From: Hypanus sabinus
Lineage: Eukaryota
Length of the DNA stretch: 64,000 nt
Reading direction: 5' to 3'
Assembly: GCF_030144855.1 (NCBI RefSeq)
Contig: NC_082708.1
Span: 123,628,001-123,692,000, forward strand
Part shown: positions 1-9,344 of the stretch, piece after piece
Position numbering within the stretch: position 1 is the first letter of the stretch
How the letters are laid out: every line of letters starts with the position of its first letter
Notes under the pieces: model-generated
Database searches by the model: none
What the model was told of the DNA's origin: nothing
What the model saw: the letters and a program-made list of their open reading frames with translations, nothing else
Program-made: the position numbers and the translations under genes

Positions 1-1760
1 CTGGGGTCAAGCAAATCCCCAAAGGAGTATAGAGATATAGGAGTGTAATGTAATTGCCCTTTAAACCTACAAGGATGCAAGAATACACTGAATAGGGATA
101 TAGGAAGGGCAAAGGGAGCCTTGGTACACAAGATAAAGGAAATTTATAACAGATTCTCTAACTATAACAAAACAGTAACCAAAGAGAGAGTAAGATCCCC
201 TTAAATGTCAGTTTTCATCTATGGTCGAGTCATGAGATATGGATAATGTCTTAAGTCAATACTTCTTGTCTGTATTTACCATGGAGAAGGTCGAGCAAGC
301 TAGTGATTTCAGGGGAGAGAGCCAGAATGTCCTGAAACACATTGCTACTGTGAAAGAGAAGGTGTTGGCAGATTTAAAGGTGAATAAATTCCTGGGGCCC
401 CACCAAGTGGACATTTTGGGAATATAGGAATTTGCTCGGGCCCTGGCAGAGATAAATATATTAGCATTGGGTTGCAGCTGTGGTACTGGAGACTGGGAGA
501 TAGATAATGTGTTTTTTTCATTTAAAAAAAGGCTGTAAGGACAACCCAATGAACTACAGGAGAAAGGCCTAACATCAACGGTGGCAAAGTTACTGGAAGG
601 AATTCTGACAGACAGAATCTAGCTGCATGGGTAAAAGAGAGGACTGGTTAGAAATAGGTAACATGGTTTGTGTGTGGGACAGTGTGTTTCAACTTGATTA
701 AGTTTATTGAAGAAGAAACCAAGAGAATTGACAAAGGCAGGGCAGTAGAAGTTGTCTATATGGACTTTTGCAAGGCTTTCACAGAGGCCCAGTGTGGTAG
801 ACTGCTCCGGCAGGATAGAACACATGGAATAGCCGACTGGATACAGAATTGGCTTGATGGTAGGACCCCAAAGATGGAAGTGGAGATTGTTTTTTATAGT
901 TTAGAGACCAGTGACAGCGATGTGCCACAAAGATTGGCGCTGAGTTCCCTATTGTTGGTGGCAATATTAACAATTTGGAAGATAATGTAGTTGGAATAGT
1001 AAGCAAGTCTGTGGATGACACCAGGCATGGTGAACAGTGCAGAAAATTACCTAAAATCACAACAAAATCAAGATAAATTGGGGAAAGAGGCCATGGAATG
1101 GCAGGTGAAAGTGATGCATTTTGGGAAGTTTAACCAGAGCAGAACATACATTGAAATGTACAGGCCAGAGGACTGGGTGATGGAAGAGAATAGAGAGGCC
1201 GAGTCGGACAAATACATACTTCCCTCAAAGTGGTGGCATGGATAAATGAGGTTGTGAAGGAGGCATTTGACATGTTTGCCTTCATCAGTCAGGACTTCAG
1301 ACATCATGTTATGGCTGTAGAAAACTTGGAGACTGTGCAGTGTGCAAATCTGGTCTCGTAGCTATATGAAACATGTCACTACATTGAAGATTCACAGGGA
1401 TGTATCCGGGATTGGATCATGAGAAGGCTGGAGTTGTTTTCACTGGAGTGTAGGAGACTGAGGGTGAGCTTTACAAGATCACGAGGGGCAAAGATAAGAC
1501 GAATGCTCAGAGCTCTTTCCTCAGGGCAAAGGGAGTCTAAAAGTAGAAGGAAAAGATTTAGTGTGAAATGACAAAGATTTAAAGGAGGCCTGAGGATCAA
1601 CATTTTCCACACAGATGGCTGTGGGAACATTGAACAAGTTGCCAGCTGAAATGATAAAGGTGGGCACAATTACAACACTTGAAAGGAAGACAGGTACATT
1701 AATAGGAATGGGTTAGAGGGATACGGGCAACTGGGGCTAGCTCAGGTAGGCAACATGGTT
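1..1760 (+). mobile_element. Degraded CR1 LINE (RT and 3' region)
   Basis: Broken ORF2 fragments such as LIKFIEEETKRIDKGRAVEVVYMDFCKAF and a CR1-type 3' tail; many frameshifts. Confidence 0.85.
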
Positions 1761-1840
1761 GGCCTGGACAAACTGGGAGAAGAGGGCCTGCTTCCATTCA
1801 GTAGAACTTTACGACTCCGAGAACACACTGTGATTTTCAG

Positions 1841-2153
1841 AAGACAGTACTGTAAGTGCGATGGAAATTACATCTCTAATCAAATATTTTGTTACAGCTG
1901 CAAGAACTGCAACCAAGAACAAATCCTCCCTGGAGAGCCCGAGTGCAAGCCCCCACCCCCTCCTGCAGATACCTGTTACAGCCGTAGCAACACGTGCCTG
2001 CACCAAACAATCAACATGGGAGATGGCAAACAAATGGACGCTGTTCAGAATCCTGAATGTCTCGACGGTAAACCAAACCACTGGATCCCAAAGCCTACAT
2101 TGCCTCCTATTGAAACGACACGAGACTATTCTTCCATGTCAGATGCTCCATAG
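1841..2153 (+). CDS. Probable last coding exon of an unidentified plus-strand gene (103 aa, Cys/Pro-rich, ends YSSMSDAP*)
   Basis: gtgattttcag acceptor at 1830-1840; 1 nt then an open frame RQYCKCDG...SDAP to TAG; non-repeat, GC-richer island followed by AT-rich sequence with AATAAA at 2645; no family recognised. Confidence 0.5.
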
Positions 2154-3149
2154 GCTGTTCTTCAAAGAACTGCATTTAATTCTTCAGAGAATGTCATTAA
2201 TACATTTTCTGCTTTGACATTGTCACTTTTGCTTTTTGTCATCCTTAAACAGATCATAAAATGCTTCATAGCTTCAAAACATGTTTTGTGCAAATGCTTT
2301 TCTTTACATTACAGCATCGTGTGCAATGTGCCAATTTGCTTCTCTCTTCTGGGGACAAACAAAATTAAGCCAATGGATAAATCTGGCAGACTACCACTTC
2401 ATAAGTTCTGTACAAAAAGGAGTTGCAGAAATATATGAATATCTAGCACTGAATTCTGTGGTCGGCATGCTACAATAACAATAACTATTCCAGGAAATCA
2501 AAGGCAGATGATGTCTTTGAGCAGTCTGACCACATTCAATAATTCTCGTAGGCAACAAAAAGGTGATGCAATTTTCGATAAATATTTCAGATTAAACACA
2601 GAGCAAAACTACATTATTACATAAGCATAGTGTAGGTGAAGTTTAATAAACATTTAAAAAATATTGTTTTCATTATTCCAAAGTGCTAATATTTTCAAAT
2701 ACTTCTTCATCAGAATCACAATCCACAAACATAAGATTAATTCTTCATGGTTAAAGAATTAATTTAGTAATAACAAAGTTTAATTTCTCATTAAAGACTT
2801 GGTTTATAACCTTTATTAAAAACATTTTTGAGGTATATTGCGGTGAGAATAAAACATAAATCTTTGGTTATGAATCAATTGGTACGATCTACATTCAGTT
2901 GGAGAGGAACTGGACAGTGAAGGAAGTGAAAGAGGATGTAATAATGTACAGCAACTCTCCTTTGCTCATGTCACACTATACAAATGCAGGAGTGCTGAAA
3001 CACCCCCAAACTCATTGCATATAAAGCAAAATCTGTCACCCTCATTGTAACAATAATGTCCTGGCTGTGAGTGGCGCAGTGGAAAGAGCCCGGCCAGGAA
3101 TGGTGAATGGTGAAGAAAGAGACAGGCTGAGGTAAGAGGGAGGAAGAGA

Positions 3150-3575
3150 AATATATATATTAGAGCATGAGGAGGTTTGTGGAGGAGAATGAGGGTGTTG
3201 CTGGATGGGAACTCATTGGATCATTATTGCAAAATGAAGCTGAGGGCTTGAAGACCTTCCAAGTGGGGAATATAGCTGGTTATAGACTGGGCACCCATAG
3301 TGATGTGGGAGTGGGAGCTCGGGAATTACGTTGTCAAAATAGAGGAGGGCATGCAAAATGAGCTGGATGTGGGTAGGAAAGAACCGGACAAGAGCCTCCA
3401 AAAGTGAATCTGATGCCATTGCTCCGCCACAAGGAGATGTGCCAGGGCTGAGGGAGTGAAACATCAATGAGTGGTGGTCCCTGGTTGATGACCCTGCAGC
3501 TGACCCAAGGGGGCTGTTGGGGGTGTGCTAGGCAGCAATGCCAAGCAGGAAACATCGTCCTGTGAATCTCAATGA
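3150..3575 (+). mobile_element. Degraded 3' fragment of Hero-like (RLE) non-LTR element
   Basis: 3410-3570 aligns by eye with the 3' UTR of the element at 11580-11750 (shared ggagatgt...gggagtgaaac.tcaatgag...gatgaccctgcagctgaccca...gcagcaatgccaag). Confidence 0.7.
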
Positions 3576-4413
3576 AACTTCTGGGTATCCAGTGACTACT
3601 GTGAAAGGGCAGTTGGACACCAGGGAAGAACGGAGGATGCCCAGGAAAAACTGGATGACTGTAGGATGGTCTGCACTAGGGGTGGGTGGCCAGTCACCCA
3701 ACCCACTGGTTTCTTGTAGCAGAGACACCTATCAATGACTACGAAGACGAATAAGAGAAGACAACCTGAAGGCTGTCCGAGAGGGATGAAAAATGGCCCG
3801 AAAGGGTGGATTACATGAGAATGACCAGAACTAATACAGGCAATGAGACAAAGATCATTCAGAAATCGCTGACATTTTAGATGTGTCCTCCTTCCTGAAG
3901 ACCAGCACAAAATAGTCATTCAAAGCCTTTGCCATTTCCTCATTACACAATATCAATTCCCCCTTCTCGTCCTCCAGCGACCTACATTCACTTTAGACAC
4001 CCTTTTCTGCTTTATATAATTACAAAAATTTTTACTATGTTTTTATATTTTGTGCTCATCTATTTTCACAATCTATCTTCCCCATCTTTATTATTCACTT
4101 TGTGGTTCTTTGTTGCTTTTTGAAGTCTCCCCAATCTTCCAGTTGCCCACTAGTCTTGGCAATTTAGTATGCACGAGCTTTTAGTTTGATGCCTTCTTTA
4201 ATTTCCTTAGCTCTCCCCACCTTTGCTGTCTTTGCTTTTAACTGGAATATACTTTTGTTGAGCACCATGAAAAATCTCTTTGTAAGTTTTCCACTGTTCC
4301 TCAACCATCCCACCATATAGTCTGTGTTCCCAGTCTACACTGGCCAAATCCACCCTCATCGATTGTAGTCCCCATTGTTTAGGCATAATACACTGGTTTT
4401 AAATTGAACTAAT

Positions 4414-4623
4414 TGTGGTGAACTCTGTGCCTGTCTGGACACACCTCCTGCTGACTGCTCCTGTGGCTCCTCCCACAGGCCCCTGTATAAAGGCGATCTG
4501 AGGCCTGACGCTCGGCCTCAGTCTCCAGGACATAGTATGATGGACACTCCTGGTTCCTTCTTCCAGTCAATAAAAGCCGATATCTCGCCTTACGTCTCAG
4601 TGTGAGTTATTGATGGTGCATCA
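4414..4623 (+). repeat. 5' LTR (210 bp)
   Basis: TGTGG...GCATCA; TATAAA about 4486; AATAAA 4569-4574; differs from the 3' LTR by 4 substitutions and one 4-bp indel (by eye). Confidence 0.95.
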
Positions 4624-4649
4624 ATTTTATTGACTGGAAGTTTTAAAAC

Positions 4650-5950
4650 ATGGAAACCGTTTTACGTCCGGACCGGTTGGATTTGGACCCTCAAGACCCT
4701 GACGCAGCTCTTGCTTTTGAACACTGGCTTGCATGCTTCCAATCGTACTTGGGAGGAGGTTCGTGCAACTGAACCCGCCGTTATGCACAGAATTCTACTC
4801 TCGAGGGTCACCTCCAAAGTCTACTCCACTATCCGGGACCTGCCGACCTACGATGGGGCACTGGACGCCCTCAAAAGACAGTACCTGCGGCCGGTGAACA
4901 CCGTCTACGCAAGACATCGTTTAGCTACCCGGCAACAGCGGCCTGGCGAATCGTGCGCTGAGTTTCTCTGAGCACTACAGACACTCGTCCGAGCTTGCGA
5001 CTGCAAGACGCTCACGGCAGAACAGCATGCAGAGCTGCTGGTGCGAGATGCTTTTGTGCCGGGACTGAGGTCAGTGTACATGCGCCAGCAGCTGCTGGAA
5101 AATGCCGACCTTACCTTAAGCTCGGCGATGGAGACAGCCAACGCTCTGGAAGCTGCGCTGCACTACGCCAACGCTGTCCAGTCGCGCGATTCCCCGCCGA
5201 TTCCGTGGACACCTCAGACCCCGCCACCGCCGGCTCCCGGGAGCGAAATCGCCGCTGCCAGTCACAATTCCACGAGCTCCCCGACCCTGACCACGGCTGT
5301 GGCCCGTCAGAAGCCCGTGCTTTGTTATTTCTGCGGCCATAAAAAACACCCTTGACAACGCTGTCCAGCGTGAGAAGCAACCTGCTCCAGCTGCAGAAAG
5401 CGGCGCCATTTCGCCAAGGTCTGTAAGTCTCAACCTCGAGCGGAGTGCAGCGCTGCGGGTGAAACGTGGGGGCCGCCATCTTGCATGCCCGGATGTGGGC
5501 GGCCATCTTTGTCGGCGTCAGCACGCCCCGCCCCCCGCCCTCCGATGCTTACCAGGTACCCCGACGGCGATTCAAATCTGGCCACTGTAACTCTCGACCA
5601 AAGCGCCCCACACCAGCTTGCAAGGTCCATGATGGACATCCGGGTGGAGGGGCACAGGACTAGATGCCTGTTTCACACGGGCAGCACTGGGAGTTTTATT
5701 CACCCGGACACAGTGCAACGCTGCGGACTTGCAATGCGGCCGGTAAGTCGGAGGTTCCATTTGGCTTCTGGGTCGCAGTCCACAGACATCCGGGTGGGTT
5801 GTGTAGCGACTTTGGTGGTGCAAGGCACAGAATATCGGAACTTTGAGCTACTGGTCATGCCTCAACTGTGTGCACCTGTGCTATTGGGGCTGGACTTCCT
5901 GAGTCATCTTGAAAGTGTGACTATGGTGTATGATGGGCCCCTCCCACCAC
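4650..5950 (+). pseudogene. Disrupted gag-protease of the Gypsy element
   Basis: ATG 4650 (METVLRPDRLDLDP); +1 frameshift about 4751; TGA at 4969, 5353 and 5371; protease motif LFHTGS (catalytic D replaced by H at 5674-5676); frameshift about 5948. Confidence 0.85.
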
Positions 5951-6137
5951 TGTCAGGAATCCTCAGTTTTGTGGGACTTCTTCACATACCCAGCTACTGA
6001 CCGCACACACACACGGGCACACACATCCCATCCAGCACCATGCCGACAGCTGCGCTATCGACACCACTTGCAGCCTCTCCACTCTCAAGGTCCCTCCCCC
6101 ACCGCTGTTCGCCAACCTGACCCCCGACTGTAAGCCT

Positions 6138-8543
6138 GTGGCAACTGAAAGCAGGAGGTACAGTGTGGGGGACAGGTCCTTCATTCAGTCGGAGGTGCAG
6201 CGGCTGCTCAGGGAGGGGATCATTGAGCCAAGTACAAGCCCTTGGAAAGCCCAGGTAGTTGTTGTTCGGACTGGGCAGAAAAATAGGATGGTGGTAGACT
6301 ATAGTCAAACCATCAATAGGTTCACGCAGCTTGACGCATACCCCCTACCCCGCATCGCGGATATGGTCAACCAGATAGCTCAGTACAAGGTGTACCCGAC
6401 AATAGATCTGAAATCCGCTTATCACCAGCTCCCCATCTGCCCAGAGGACTGCCCCTACACCGCCTTCGAGGCGGGCGGCAGGCTCTATCACTTCTTGCGC
6501 GTCCCTTTCGGTGTCACGAATGGTGTCTCTGTCTTCCAGAGGGAAATGGACCGGATGGTGGACCAGTACCAACTGCAGGCCACATTTCCCTATCTGGATA
6601 ACATCACCATCTGTGGTCACGACAGGCCAGATCACGACGCCAACCTCCAACGATTTCTCCAAGTGGCCGCAGCTCTGAACCTTACTTATAACAGGGACAA
6701 GTGTGTGTTTGGAACCACCCGCCTTGGGTATGTCGTGGAAAACAGGGTTATTGGCCCTGATCCCGAACGTATGCGCCCCCTGTTAGAACTCCCTCTTCCC
6801 ACCACTCTCAAGGCCCTCAGACGGTGCCTGGGTTTTTTTTCCTATTACGCCCAATGGGTCCCCCATTACGCAGACAAGGCACGCCCCCTGGTCAAGTCTA
6901 CCTCGTTTCCCCTCTCTGCTGAGGCCCGCGCGGCCTTCAGCTGCATTAAAGGGGACATTGCCAAAGCAACGATGCATGCGGTGGACGAGACCGCTCCCTT
7001 CCAAGTGGAGTATGACGCCTCCAATTTTGCTCTGGCTGCTACCCTCAATCAGGAAGGCAGACCAGTAGCATTCTTTTCTCGCACCCTCCAAGGCTCCGAA
7101 ATTCGGCGCTCCGCGGTGGAGAAAGAAGCCCAGGCCATAGTGGAGGCTGTTAGGCACTGGAGGCACTATCTTGCTGGCAAAAGGTTCACCTTGCTGACCG
7201 ACCAGCGCTCGGTTGCGTTCCTGTTCAGCAACCAACAGCGGGGCAAAATCAAAAATGATAAGATTTTGCGGTGGAGAATAGAACTCTCCACCTACACCTA
7301 TGATATCCTGTATCGGCCTGGCAGACTCAATGAGCCCCCTGATGCCCTATCCCGGGGAACATGTGCTAGCACACAGCTCAACCAGCTGTACACCCTTCAT
7401 GCCCATCTTTGCCATCCAGGGGTCACCCGATTTTACCATTTTGTGAAAGCTCGGAACCTGCCATACTCCCTGGAGGACATCAGGACGATGACCAGGGACT
7501 GCCAAATTTGCGCTGAGTGCAAACCGCACTTCTACCGTCCTGACACGGCACAACTTGTCAAGGCCACCTGCCCTTTTGAACGACTGAGTGTTGACTTTAA
7601 GGGCCCCCTTCCCTCCACTGACCGCAATGTCTATTTTCTCAGTGTTATCGACGAGTACTCACGGTTCCCCTTTGCCATCCCCTGCCCCGACACCACTGCC
7701 ACGTCTGTCATAAAAGCCCTGCGCCAGCTCTTCACTCTGTTCGGGTATCCCTGCTATATCCACAGCGATAGAGGGTCCTCCTTTATGAGTGAGGAGCTGT
7801 GCCAGTACTTGCTAGCTAGGGGCATTGCTACCAGTCGGACCACGAGTTATAATCCCCGGGGCAATGGCCAGGTGGAGCGGGAGAATGCCACAGTGTGGAA
7901 GGCCACACTTTTAGCCCTTAAGTCAAAAGGGTTGCCAGTCTCTCGATGGCAGGAGGTCCTCCCTGAGGCACTGCACTCTATCCGCTCTCTGTTATGTACG
8001 TCCACCAATGCCACCCCTCACGAACGCCTATTCTCTTTTCCCAGGAAGTCTGTCACTGGGACCACCCTACCAGTTTGGCTGACGTCCCCGGGGCCAGTGC
8101 TGCTCCGGAAACATGTGAGGAGCAATAAATACTCCCCGCTGTTAGAGAGGGTTCACCTTCTACATGCGAACCCCCAGTATGCTTACGTGGTCTTACCTGA
8201 TGGGCGGGAGGACACGGTCTCCATCCGCGACCTGGCACCCGTAGGTGCAGCAGACCACTACCCTGAAGGCTCTCCGGTAACTATGAACCCTGCACCTGAG
8301 GTGACACCATGCTCACCAGGCCCTACACAGACTCCTCACGACACTTGTATACCGGGCGTTTCGTACGCATTTATACCAGGCGCCTCGCACATGCGTGAGG
8401 GATCACCGGCGCCTAGTGGGCAGGAACAAGCGCAACCTCCGTCCCCTGTGCAATCACCAATGTCGTCGGCATCCATGCGATCACAGCCGGTGCTACGTAG
8501 ATCGCAGCGACAGATTCGACCACCTGATAGACTTGACTTGTAA
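6138..8543 (+). CDS. Gypsy pol remnant open for 801 codons: reverse transcriptase, RNase H, integrase
   Basis: SPW, DLKSAYHQL, PFG, YLDN; RNase H DAS...EKEA...TDQ; integrase HHCC (H..LCH...C..C), VDF, SDRG, GQVER. Confidence 0.92.
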   Translation: MATESRRYSVGDRSFIQSEVQRLLREGIIEPSTSPWKAQVVVVRTGQKNRMVVDYSQTINRFTQLDAYPLPRIADMVNQIAQYKVYPTIDLKSAYHQLPICPEDCPYTAFEAGGRLYHFLRVPFGVTNGVSVFQREMDRMVDQYQLQATFPYLDNITICGHDRPDHDANLQRFLQVAAALNLTYNRDKCVFGTTRLGYVVENRVIGPDPERMRPLLELPLPTTLKALRRCLGFFSYYAQWVPHYADKARPLVKSTSFPLSAEARAAFSCIKGDIAKATMHAVDETAPFQVEYDASNFALAATLNQEGRPVAFFSRTLQGSEIRRSAVEKEAQAIVEAVRHWRHYLAGKRFTLLTDQRSVAFLFSNQQRGKIKNDKILRWRIELSTYTYDILYRPGRLNEPPDALSRGTCASTQLNQLYTLHAHLCHPGVTRFYHFVKARNLPYSLEDIRTMTRDCQICAECKPHFYRPDTAQLVKATCPFERLSVDFKGPLPSTDRNVYFLSVIDEYSRFPFAIPCPDTTATSVIKALRQLFTLFGYPCYIHSDRGSSFMSEELCQYLLARGIATSRTTSYNPRGNGQVERENATVWKATLLALKSKGLPVSRWQEVLPEALHSIRSLLCTSTNATPHERLFSFPRKSVTGTTLPVWLTSPGPVLLRKHVRSNKYSPLLERVHLLHANPQYAYVVLPDGREDTVSIRDLAPVGAADHYPEGSPVTMNPAPEVTPCSPGPTQTPHDTCIPGVSYAFIPGASHMREGSPAPSGQEQAQPPSPVQSPMSSASMRSQPVLRRSQRQIRPPDRLDL

Positions 8544-8588
8544 GAAACTTCGCCACATGGGGACTCTTTCAAACAAAGGGGGGGTGAA

Positions 8589-8802
8589 TGTGGTGAACTA
8601 TGTGCCTGTCTGGACACGCCCCCTGCTGAATGCTCCTGTGGCTCCTCCCACAGGCCCCTGTATAAAGGCGATCTGAGGCCTGACGCTCGGCCTCAGTCTC
8701 CAGGACATAGTATGATGGACACTCACTCCTGGTTCCTTCTTCCAGTCAATAAAAGCCGATATCTCGCCTTACGTCTCAGTGTGAGTTATTGATGGTGCAT
8801 CA
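8589..8802 (+). repeat. 3' LTR (214 bp)
   Basis: Direct repeat of 4414-4623 with an extra ACTC unit. Confidence 0.95.
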
Positions 8803-9344
8803 CTAATGCACCGTCCATTTGTATGAGAAACTCAACCATACTGTGATCACTTTTTCCAAGAGGACCCCTAACTACAAGATCATTAATTTTACCTGTCTCA
8901 TTGTACAGGACCAGATCTAAAATAGCACGTTCACTTGTAGGTTCAGTAACATACTGTTCCAGAAAGCCATCACAGTTGCATTCTATGAAGTCCTCCTCAA
9001 GACTGCCTCGACCAACGTGATTCACCCAATCTATGTGCAAGTTAAAGTCCCCCACGATAAATGATGTTGCGTTCTTAAGTGCCTCAGATATTTCTTTTTT
9101 GCTTGTGTTATTATGTTATTATTCAGTGGCCAATAGACAACTCCCACCAGTGATTTTTTTCCCTTTACAATTAATAATCTCCACTCAGATGATTCAACAC
9201 TCTGCTCCTTAGATCTTATATCGTCTCTCACTATCGTCCTGATCTCATCTTTAAATAAGAGTGTTACCCCACCTCCCTTACCTTCCCGCCTATCCTTCCG
9301 TATCACATGATATCCTTGGATATTTAATTCCAAATTCTCTGCAC

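Larger units (their letters stand above)
4414..8802 (+). mobile_element. Full-length Gypsy/Ty3 LTR retrotransposon (4.4 kb), gag-PR-RT-RH-IN, gag/PR disrupted
   Basis: TG...CA LTRs 4414-4623 and 8589-8802; 5-bp TSD CTAAT (4409-4413, 8803-8807); PPT aaacaaagggggggtgaa before the 3' LTR; CCHC-like knuckles; domain order RT-RH-IN. Confidence 0.96.
3920..9340 (-). mobile_element. CR1 LINE fragment (APE endonuclease region) split by the Gypsy insertion: pieces 8803-9340 and 3920-4413
   Basis: GYHVIRKDRREGKGGGV, GDFNLHIDW, AILDLVL, LGKSDH motifs; sequence continues across the TSD. Confidence 0.85.
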
